The translations under genes and the position numbers were made by a program. This document shows positions 27,293-34,773 of a DNA stretch of 34,773 nt, in pieces; the first letter of the stretch is position 1, and every line of letters begins with the position of its first letter. Location: NCBI GenBank assembly GCA_037439685.1, contig JBBIVO010000004.1:19254-54026 (forward strand), written 5' to 3'. The notes below the pieces were generated by a model. The model worked only from the letters and a program-made list of their open reading frames with translations. It had not been told where the DNA came from and ran no database searches. The DNA is from Candidatus Bathyarchaeota archaeon. Its GTDB lineage: Archaea > Thermoproteota > Bathyarchaeia > TCS64.

Positions 27293-29392
27293 CTAGTACC
27301 ATGGGAGCCTTCCCATCTTCTCCAGGGTCAGCCAGCTCTCGTAGTCCTTTTTTACCTCCTCCTGGATCTTGGCTATCTGCTCCTTCGTCAGGTGCCTGAA
27401 CCGCCCCTGGAGCTTCAGGTACTCCTCCACGGGCTTGAGCTCCCTCGGCTTTATGTTCACCTTCAGGACGCCGTCCTCTATCTCCAGTAGAGGCCATACC
27501 CCCGTCTGGACGGCCAGCCTTCCAACCTCGACGGTCTTCTCGGGTGGGAAGTACCACCCCGTTGCGCAGGGCTGCTGGATGTGGATGTAGGCCATACCCC
27601 TCCCAGCCCTCGTCACCTCCGCGGCCTTCTTGATCTTCCTCTCCAGGTCTGGCAGGTATGCGAGGGAGGCCGTCGCTATGTAGGGGATCCTGTGGGCAGC
27701 CATGATCAGTATCATGTTCTTGGGCTTCTCGGGCTTCCCGAACCAGGCCCTCCCAGCCGGGGTTGAGGTGGTGCTGGCATATAGGGGCGTCGAACTGCTC
27801 CTCTGGACGCCCGTGTTCATGTAGGCCTCGTTGTCGTAGCAGACCCAGATGAAGCTCTCATTCCTCTCCGCCGCCCCTGAGAGGGCCTGGAGGCCTATAT
27901 CGACGGTCCCGCCATCCCCTGAGAAGCTGGTTAGGTATATCTTGTCGGCCTTCCCCCTGATCCTATAGGCCCTGTAGAGGCCGGTCTCATATCCGGCCGC
28001 TGCGGCGTAGTTGGCGAGGACCCAGGGGACGGCGACGACCCCTCCATAGTTGACCCCCGAGCAGCTGGGCGGGTTGACGATGACCGTGTTGGGCCCTAGA
28101 AGCTTGAGGAGGTGCCTCACTATGATGCTGGACCCGCAGCCTGCGCATCCGTCGCTTCCGGGGTAGATGGGCATGGCCTCCTCCAGCTTCACCGGGGGAG
28201 GGGCAGCGGGAGGCCTGTGCTCGATGAACTCGACCTCCCTCTCGGGCTTCCCAGTAGCCGCAGCCTTGAGGGTTCTCCTCCCCATCGCCACGAAGTCTTC
28301 GATCGGTATGTCTTCGCCCCCCATGCCCGCTATGAAGTTTATGACGGGTGGCCTATCATCCAGCGAGTATAGGGCTGACCTCACATCCGAGAAGGCGCCT
28401 CCTCCCCCTGTGCCGTGGAGGACCATCCTGTCCACCACGCCTATGGCTCCAACCTCCTCGGCCAACCCCCTCAGCTCTGAGGAGGGGAAGGGCCTCAGGA
28501 ACCTGAGCTTCACCAGCCCTATCCTCTCCCCCTCCCCCCTAAGCCTGTCAACCGCCCTCCTGGTGGCCGTTGTCATGGAGCCCATGGTCACGAGGACCGC
28601 CTCCGCATCCTCGCATCGGTACCTCTCCAAGAGGCCCCCATACCTCCTTCCGAAGGCCTCTCCGAACTCCTCGTCCACGGATTGGATCACCCTCTTCGCG
28701 TCCTCCATTACCTCCTCGAAGAGCCTCCTGTAGGTTGTGTGGAGGGCTGGGGGGAGGCCCGCCGCAGGCCACTTGTCGCTTATCGTGGGGTCGACCGGGT
28801 AGGGCGCCCTGTATGGGGGGAGGAACCCATCGACGGCCTCCTGATCCGGGATGCTCACCCTCTCATAGCTGTAGCTGAGGTAGAACCCGTCTAGGCAGAG
28901 CATGGAGGGGAGGAGGACCCTCCAGTCCTCAGATATCCTGTAGAGCTGGATGACCATGTCCAGGCACTCCTGGTTGCTCTCGGCCAGGTTGATGAGCCAG
29001 CCTAGGTTGAGCTCCGGCATGATATCCGAGTAGTCTGGCCCTAGGGACCAGTACCAGCCAAGGGTCCTATTGGCCACCGCCATGAGCAGCGGGGTCCTGT
29101 ATGAGGGGGCCTGGGCCACCACCTCGTGCATGTAGGCTAGGCCTTGGGAGCATGTCGCCGTGAAGGCCCTCGCCCCAGCGAGGGAGGCCCCCACCGCTAT
29201 GCCGAGGCATGTGTGCTCCCCCTCAGCCTGGATGTACTCTGCCCTCAGCTGGCCGTTGGCTATGAACTCGGCTATATACTCGGCGATGGTCGTCTGGGGG
29301 GTTATCGGGAATATCGGTATCACCTCGGCCCTCGAGAGCCTGACGCCGTGGGCCACCGCCTTGTTGCCGGGCATCACGTCGAACTCAGACAT
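27293..29392 (-). CDS. 2-oxoacid:ferredoxin oxidoreductase, fused alpha+beta subunits
   Basis: Alpha part: FPITPQT, EGEH, ATCSQGL, NR. Beta part: GCAGCG, GDGG, DNEAYMNTGVQRS, PCATGW. Single continuous frame. Confidence 0.93.
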   Translation of the reverse strand: MSEFDVMPGNKAVAHGVRLSRAEVIPIFPITPQTTIAEYIAEFIANGQLRAEYIQAEGEHTCLGIAVGASLAGARAFTATCSQGLAYMHEVVAQAPSYRTPLLMAVANRTLGWYWSLGPDYSDIMPELNLGWLINLAESNQECLDMVIQLYRISEDWRVLLPSMLCLDGFYLSYSYERVSIPDQEAVDGFLPPYRAPYPVDPTISDKWPAAGLPPALHTTYRRLFEEVMEDAKRVIQSVDEEFGEAFGRRYGGLLERYRCEDAEAVLVTMGSMTTATRRAVDRLRGEGERIGLVKLRFLRPFPSSELRGLAEEVGAIGVVDRMVLHGTGGGGAFSDVRSALYSLDDRPPVINFIAGMGGEDIPIEDFVAMGRRTLKAAATGKPEREVEFIEHRPPAAPPPVKLEEAMPIYPGSDGCAGCGSSIIVRHLLKLLGPNTVIVNPPSCSGVNYGGVVAVPWVLANYAAAAGYETGLYRAYRIRGKADKIYLTSFSGDGGTVDIGLQALSGAAERNESFIWVCYDNEAYMNTGVQRSSSTPLYASTTSTPAGRAWFGKPEKPKNMILIMAAHRIPYIATASLAYLPDLERKIKKAAEVTRAGRGMAYIHIQQPCATGWYFPPEKTVEVGRLAVQTGVWPLLEIEDGVLKVNIKPRELKPVEEYLKLQGRFRHLTKEQIAKIQEEVKKDYESWLTLEKMGRLPWY

Positions 29393-29394
29393 CC

Positions 29395-29685
29395 TCAGCC
29401 CTCACCCCTCATCCCTATCGCCTTGACCGGGCACTCGTTTGCGCATACGCCGCAACCCTTGCAGAACCTGAGGTCGACCTCCGGCTTCCCGGCCTCGTTG
29501 GCCACTATGGCGGCCTCTGGGCAGTACATGGCGCAGAGCATGCAGGCGGTACACCTCTCATGGTCGATCTCAGGGGCTAGAACCCTCCAGGCACCCACAT
29601 ACTGCCCACCCCTCTTCGTCCTATCCGAGACGGCGAAGCCCTTTATCGCACCCTCGCGGTATGTGAATAGGCCCAAAAGTCTCAC
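29395..29685 (-). CDS. 2-oxoacid:ferredoxin oxidoreductase delta subunit (2x[4Fe-4S])
   Basis: GAWRVLAP, CTACMLCAMYCP, CKGCGVCANECP. Confidence 0.93.
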   Translation of the reverse strand: MRLLGLFTYREGAIKGFAVSDRTKRGGQYVGAWRVLAPEIDHERCTACMLCAMYCPEAAIVANEAGKPEVDLRFCKGCGVCANECPVKAIGMRGEG

Positions 29686-30245
29686 CTCAGAACCCTTATC
29701 TCGGCCGACTCGTATCCGGCCCTGGCCGCCTCTATATTCCTCCTCGCAACCTCCCCGCTGAACCTCTTCATAATGGCCTCCTCTATCGACTCCATCCTCA
29801 GAAGGCCCGTCGCCCTCACGAAGAGCCCAAGCATCACGGTGTTAGGGATGGGCCTCCCCATCACCCTCATGGCTATCCCACTGGCGTCCACGACCCCGAT
29901 CCTCGATGGGCTGGCCCTGAAGAGCCTCAGGGACTCCTCAGGGGTCCTCGAGGTGTTGTGCATGATCACTCCCCCCTCCCTCAACCCGCTCGCGACATCC
30001 ATGATGGTGGGAAGCTCTGGGTCTAGGACGATCAGGTATCCGGGGCTGTATATCATCGACCTGGTGGCCTCCGACTCGGGCCCTATCTGGGCGAAGGCCA
30101 CGACCGGAGCCCCACGCCTAGCCGAGCCATACATGGGGAAGGCCCTGCAGAACTTTCCCTCCATAGAGGCCGCTATGGCTATCAGCTCCCCAGCCGCCAC
30201 CACCCCCTGGCCCCCCGTCCCGTGGAGCCTAATCTCCTCCACCAT
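29682..30245 (-). CDS. 2-oxoacid:ferredoxin oxidoreductase gamma subunit
   Basis: EIRLHGTGGQG, FPMYGSARRGAPV, PNTVMLG. Confidence 0.95.
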   Translation of the reverse strand: MVEEIRLHGTGGQGVVAAGELIAIAASMEGKFCRAFPMYGSARRGAPVVAFAQIGPESEATRSMIYSPGYLIVLDPELPTIMDVASGLREGGVIMHNTSRTPEESLRLFRASPSRIGVVDASGIAMRVMGRPIPNTVMLGLFVRATGLLRMESIEEAIMKRFSGEVARRNIEAARAGYESAEIRVLR

Positions 30246-30361
30246 CGGCCTCCCACACAGAAGTTGACGTGAATAGGCCGGGATGGCTCAGGGGGCGGAA
30301 GGGTTTGAGGCTTGCCACCATCCTCGGCTCTCTCTTTTACGGCTTGGGGAGGATAAAAACC
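30246..30361 (-). promoter_or_regulatory. Promoter and structured ~85-nt 5' leader of the oxidoreductase operon
   Basis: Minus-strand TTTTTAT box near 30359-30353. Hairpin GCCGAGGATGG/CCATCCCGGC (30328-30277). Second overlapping hairpin GGCCT.../...GGGAGGCC (30279-30247) covers the SD. Confidence 0.45.
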
Positions 30362-30685
30362 TTACTGGGACCTGATCTCAAAATAAATATCATATATGTT
30401 TATCTCAATTTTGAAATTACATCCCCACATGAGCGTACTTAGGCCATGGATCGACGAGACCCAAGGATGCTCGACATGTGCCCCGCCAGCGGATAAGGCC
30501 GGGAAGCAGCGCTGAGAGGCAGGCTGAACGCTGAAGACCAACCCATCCGGGATGTGGCAGTTCAAGGTAGCCGTAGATGGTCTGGGCCTATCCTCGGTTT
30601 CGGAGATGGATTCTGGGGCTCCGGCGCTACAGTATTTAAAAAGATGGCTACCCCCGGATGATCTGGAGACCTCGAAGGCGGTTAA

Positions 30686-31252
30686 ATGAGCTTCGACGAG
30701 AAGATGGACGCCATCGACCTCATAATAAACGTGCTCAGGGAGCATGAGAAGAGCCTAGACGAGCTGGTTTCGAGATTAGAGGAGCTCGTATCGAGGGCCG
30801 CGCAGGAAGGTGAGGGGGCTAGGGTTGAGAGGCCCATCATCAGGGCCCTCGTAAGGGAGTGGAAAGAGTTCAAGGAGAGGTGCACCGGGGCTAGAATCGC
30901 ATCCTTCGAGGTGCAGGATAAGCATCTCAGGGTATCAGCCCTCAAGGGGGGAGTCCTCCACCTCTACGAGGAGGCGATACCGGACATGGAGATAAGGTTC
31001 AAGGAGAGGGAGAAGAGGCTCCTCATAGAAGAGGTCGAGCTTGGAGGAAGAGAACTAGTCCCGGCGGCCCTCAGGGGGAGGCTGAACTGCGGATTAGAGG
31101 TCACGGTTAGAGGGGAGGAGACGAGGATGCCGGATGGAGCCTCCCTATACAGAATAGTCTACGATGTCGAGGCCGAGAGGGCGAGGAGCTGGCTGGCAAA
31201 CCAGCTCAAGATGGACCCGAAGAATATAATCCACGGGAGGCTGCAGGGCTGA
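30686..31252 (+). CDS. Hypothetical protein with N-terminal coiled coil
   Basis: 188-aa ORF in host codon style, TTTAAAAA box upstream; no family recognised. Confidence 0.8.
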   Translation: MSFDEKMDAIDLIINVLREHEKSLDELVSRLEELVSRAAQEGEGARVERPIIRALVREWKEFKERCTGARIASFEVQDKHLRVSALKGGVLHLYEEAIPDMEIRFKEREKRLLIEEVELGGRELVPAALRGRLNCGLEVTVRGEETRMPDGASLYRIVYDVEAERARSWLANQLKMDPKNIIHGRLQG

Positions 31253-31265
31253 AGGGGAGACAGGC

Positions 31266-31580
31266 CTACTCCCGCAGGATTAAGGAGTCGGCCATCTCCT
31301 CCATCCTTATCAGCTCCCTGGCCCTACTGAAGTAGTTTAGGACGCCCTCCCCCTTCCTAGTGATCACATAGTAGGTGTTGGTTCTCCTATCCCTTCTCCT
31401 CCCCTCCCTGGCATCGACCTCCCTTATCAGCTCCTGATCCACGAGGAACCTCAATATCTGCTGGAGGGGCTTCCAGGATAGGTTGGCGCCATACATGATC
31501 CTTGTGGGCTTATTCACCCCAGACCTGATCAGCATAAGCACATCCAGATAGATCTCGAGCTTAGACCTTCGGCGCGCCAT
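31266..31580 (-). CDS. Archaeal winged-HTH transcriptional regulator
   Basis: RRSKLEIYLDVL, KPTRIMYGANLSW, YVITRKG. Confidence 0.9.
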   Translation of the reverse strand: MARRRSKLEIYLDVLMLIRSGVNKPTRIMYGANLSWKPLQQILRFLVDQELIREVDAREGRRRDRRTNTYYVITRKGEGVLNYFSRARELIRMEEMADSLILRE

Positions 31581-31720
31581 GGAAGGCCATAGGCTTGATC
31601 CTTTAATTCTCTAATAAAGATTATGGATTATCTCTTCATGATAAGGAGCCCTCCTATAGATTGAGATCAGCGTTGGAAGGTAGGATTTCGAGAGCCGAGC
31701 CGGAATTATTACATAAATAA

Positions 31721-31753
31721 TTAATTTTTAGATAAAAAATATCTAAAAATTAA
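31721..31753. promoter_or_regulatory. Perfect 14-bp inverted repeat, candidate operator
   Basis: TTAATTTTTAGATA-AAAAA-TATCTAAAAATTAA between the divergent wHTH and UbiA genes. Confidence 0.6.
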
Positions 31754-31891
31754 CTAATTTAAAAAAAAAGGAGATGAGGCGGGTTTGAAGTTAAGTTTAA
31801 TTTAGAGATTGAGTTCAGTGTATAATTATCATGTTTCGGAAATTCAATCATGCTAAAAATATATATTTGAAAAATGTATTTTTTTTAATCA

Positions 31892-32797
31892 GTGAAAAAA
31901 TTAAGAGTTTTCTCTTTGACATTCGAGGTTCTCAAGTCTAGGGCTGAATACGCCCTTATAGCCTTTACCCTCCCATCAGTAATAGGCTTTTCAATTTCTA
32001 GTGTTGGCCCATTATCGATCTCAAAGCTCATAACACTTGTCATTGCAGTTACATCGGTTGCCTACAGCATATATCTGAATAACGATCTATGGGATCTTGA
32101 AAATGATATTAGGTATATAAATCTTGGAAAACCCGAAGCAGCCAAGAGGCCCTTAGCCAAAGGTTTAATATCAAAAAAAGAGATGAAAATATTTGTAATT
32201 TTCTTTATGATTTTAGGTTTAAGTGCGGCATTATTAATAAATATCCAAGCTTTTTTGGCTCAGCTAGGATTTTTAGCTATAGGATTTGCCTATTCCATTG
32301 AGCCAATTAAATTGAAAAAAAGATTTATCATTAAATATATAACATTAGCGTCGGGAGCGGTATTGTCGATTCTAACTGGAGGCTTCGCCTCTGGAGGAAT
32401 CTCTGGAAGATTAATATTCTTTGTCATCATTAGTTTTATAATTTATTTTGGGCTAGGTTCTCTGAATGATTTAAGGGACCTGAAGTGGGATAAGGAAGCA
32501 GGAATAAAAAGCTTCCCTGTAGTGTTAGGCCCCGAACTCACCGTCAGGCTGATGTTGGGGGTTCTCTTTGGAGTTATGGGAGGGTTCATATTTGGATACT
32601 ACCAGTTTGGATTTAACATAGCGTTCCCTGTTTTAGGATTAATAATATTAAGTGGATGGATCTATTCAATCTATCCATTACTGCAGAGACACAATGATGA
32701 ATCTTTAGTTAAAAAGGTTGTAGTTAAAAGAACTTATCCATATTGGATAATGCTATTATTTACAATATTATTAGGTAGTTTACAATTTTTATTATAA
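31892..32797 (+). CDS. UbiA-family prenyltransferase
   Basis: Asp-rich motifs NDLWDLEND and NDLRDLKWD, KRPLAKG, YSIEPIKLK, GIKSFPVVLG; multi-TM. Confidence 0.92.
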   Translation: MKKLRVFSLTFEVLKSRAEYALIAFTLPSVIGFSISSVGPLSISKLITLVIAVTSVAYSIYLNNDLWDLENDIRYINLGKPEAAKRPLAKGLISKKEMKIFVIFFMILGLSAALLINIQAFLAQLGFLAIGFAYSIEPIKLKKRFIIKYITLASGAVLSILTGGFASGGISGRLIFFVIISFIIYFGLGSLNDLRDLKWDKEAGIKSFPVVLGPELTVRLMLGVLFGVMGGFIFGYYQFGFNIAFPVLGLIILSGWIYSIYPLLQRHNDESLVKKVVVKRTYPYWIMLLFTILLGSLQFLL

Positions 32798-32826
32798 GAC
32801 TTCATTTAGAAGATTAAGACAGCATT

Positions 32827-33717
32827 CTATATATAAGGAAAAATTTTTCCCTTTTCCCATATATGAAAGAAAATTCCTTTTAATGTTTCTGCAATATTTT
32901 TATCTTTTATCTTGACTGCGAACAAGAAACTTCCATTAAAGGGGTTTGGAACTTCAATAATAGCGATCTCATCGTCAACAACCATAAAACTATTAACTAT
33001 TTTATCTACAACTTTTATATTTTTGTTATATTTACTAAGAAAATTATATAAGGTTTTAATTGAATTGGGAGAGAGCAAAATACTTAAAATCTTTTTTGCA
33101 TTTTCTATTTTAACCTCTTCCATTATATATAGTATTTCAACGTTTGACTCAATTTTTTCAACGAGAATTTTTGCTACATTAAAATCATAATATTTTGACA
33201 TTAAATAAATATTCTGTTTAGACTTTTCGATTTCAACCAACATCTCGCTTCTTAGACAGTCAAAATCTAGAATTTTAATTATTAAAGCTTCATCTTCTGA
33301 AATAATATTAATTATTTCATCTGGAAATATTGTCTTTAAAAAATCAAGTTTTTTTTCTTCATTTACATATCCCAAATTTTCCATCTCATCAATAATTTTG
33401 AGTTTTTCCTTCATCGTTAAAATAGGCTCAACCTTTTTGATCATATTTATCAATATTTTACCTAATTGAGTTAATTTATATTTTCCTTCACGTTTTTCTA
33501 TTAATCCTATTTCTAAGAGGTCTTTTATTCTTGAATAAAACCTTTTTTGAGTAATTCCTAGAAGCTTTAGATTTTCTTTAGAACTAGTTATACCATTTTC
33601 TAAATGCAAAAAAATATTCATTGAATCCTCGTTTCCAAGGGCCTTTATTATTTTTATAAATTCCTCTAATGCTAAATCAGATATTCCCATCACTATCTTC
33701 CTTTTAGACTCAGACAT
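32827..33717 (-). CDS. Transcriptional regulator, wHTH + TrmB/PLD-like C-terminal sensor domain
   Basis: ITQKRFYSRIKDLLEIGLIEK..YKLTQLG wHTH; C-terminal SFMVVDDE and IFFHIWEKG. Confidence 0.78.
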   Translation of the reverse strand: MSESKRKIVMGISDLALEEFIKIIKALGNEDSMNIFLHLENGITSSKENLKLLGITQKRFYSRIKDLLEIGLIEKREGKYKLTQLGKILINMIKKVEPILTMKEKLKIIDEMENLGYVNEEKKLDFLKTIFPDEIINIISEDEALIIKILDFDCLRSEMLVEIEKSKQNIYLMSKYYDFNVAKILVEKIESNVEILYIMEEVKIENAKKILSILLSPNSIKTLYNFLSKYNKNIKVVDKIVNSFMVVDDEIAIIEVPNPFNGSFLFAVKIKDKNIAETLKGIFFHIWEKGKIFPYI

Positions 33718-33870
33718 TGAACATCGGCCTTAAATTCTTATATTATCTACCAGAAAAAACATTATTAAAAAAAATGGAGCGCTTTAATTTATTAGTAATA
33801 TATATTAATTTGAGTTCGAATTTTCATTGCACGTTTTAAATTTATCCACAAAATTTTTAAATATTTTTGA

Positions 33871-34248
33871 TTGATGGTTTTTGAGTTGAGGAATATGTCA
33901 ATCCTTGTCGTAGACGATGATGAGAGTTTAGTTAGAACCTTCAAGATGATCCTTGAGGCTGAGGGGTATCATGTGGATGCTGCGGCTTCAGGGAGTGAGG
34001 CCCTGGAGATGTGCGGCAGCTCGGTCTACGACCTAATCATCCTAGATGTGATGCTTAAAGATATGAGAGGTGATGAGGTTATAAGATGTTTAAGGAAGCT
34101 TCATAAGAGGGTGAGGGTTCTGTTGATAACTGGATACTCAACCTTTAAGGAGAGCATCGATGCTCTTAGCCTTGGTGTCTCTGAGATCCTCCTTAAGCCC
34201 ATCTCCCCTGATGAGCTGGTCAGGGCTGTGAGGGAGGCCCTCTCTTAG
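33871..34248 (+). CDS. Stand-alone response regulator receiver domain
   Basis: ILVVDDD, DLIILD (phospho-Asp), ITG, LLKP. Confidence 0.95.
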   Translation: MMVFELRNMSILVVDDDESLVRTFKMILEAEGYHVDAAASGSEALEMCGSSVYDLIILDVMLKDMRGDEVIRCLRKLHKRVRVLLITGYSTFKESIDALSLGVSEILLKPISPDELVRAVREALS

Positions 34249-34773
34249 GGGGTCCCTCCTTGGGGATGGTTATGGTGAAGGTCGTCCCCTCTCCAACCTT
34301 GGATTCGACCTCTATCCTCCCCCCGTGGGGCTCCACCGCTCTCTTGCAGTAGGCCAGTCCCAGGCCTAGGCCTCCCGGCTTGGTTGTGGAGAAGGGGTTG
34401 AAGAGGCTCTTCGAGGCCTCTTCAGGTATTCCTTCCCCTGTGTCGGATATCCTTATCACCGCCTCTTCTCCTATGGATTCCGCCGAGATCGTGAGGGAAC
34501 CCCCATTGGGCATGGCCTCTATGGAGTTCCTGAGGAGGTTGTCTAGGACCCTCCTGAACCTCATTGGATCCAGCGTGACGGGGTTGAGGCCTTCTCCAAG
34601 CTTGAGGGATATGGAGATGGATGGTGGGGGGTAGAGCCCCTCTAGGGCCCTCCTGATCAGCCCTCCAAGGTCTGTGGCCTCCAGCCTGAGGGGACCCCCC
34701 TTCATCTCGTATCTTACGTCCTTCAGGATGTCGGCCGCCTCCTCGACAGCCCCCTATATGAGGCTGAGTAGGG
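34220..34773 (-). pseudogene. Sensor histidine kinase C-terminus (HATPase) with in-frame TAG; runs off window edge
   Basis: N box NLLRNSIEA, DTGEGI, FSTTK, GLGLGL, GEGTTF. Upstream in-frame reading is LLSLI*GAVEEAADILKD with TAG at 34756-34754. Confidence 0.7.

Noticed and set aside
30429-30640. SRP RNA or a small Cys peptide in the intergenic gap
   Set aside because: AGGCCGGGAAGCAG only loosely resembles SRP helix 8 and lacks the stem. The 28-aa ORF containing CSTC has no supporting features.
1-34773. CRISPR array, cas genes, rRNA
   Set aside because: No regularly spaced repeats, cas motifs or rRNA signatures seen.

Overview
Archaeal DNA, most likely Ca. Bathyarchaeia (inferred from gene families and codon style; not tested). 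(1) 1-7.0 kb: a decaying AT-richer island next to a tRNA-Leu 3' end. It holds a tyrosine-integrase remnant, a PD-(D/E)xK-like protein, a broken permease-YunC-USP operon, a MITE-like element, a truncated IS1595 (ISH4 group), a PaREP1 gene, three retropepsin-like aspartic proteases (one with Asp->Tyr) and a duplicated Cys-rich mini-protein. (2) 7.1-12.7 kb: ppa and a thiamine/HMP salvage ECF system plus TenA, split by vapBC and an HTH/TnpB-like remnant. (3) 12.9-19.4 kb: a six-gene envelope cluster (wHTH-Yip1 membrane regulator, secreted protein, RDD, NEW3-repeat surface protein, ABC-2 exporter). (4) 19.9-30.3 kb: Fe/Mn SOD, ZIP, HEPN-MNT, ABC-2, MFS, a CDF with three cytosolic domains, and a gamma-delta-(alpha+beta fused) 2-oxoacid:ferredoxin oxidoreductase behind a structured 5' leader. 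(5) 30.7-34.8 kb: regulators, an AT-rich UbiA prenyltransferase locus with a perfect 14-bp inverted repeat, a receiver protein and a histidine kinase with an in-frame TAG. All calls come from reading motifs by eye; no database searches were run.
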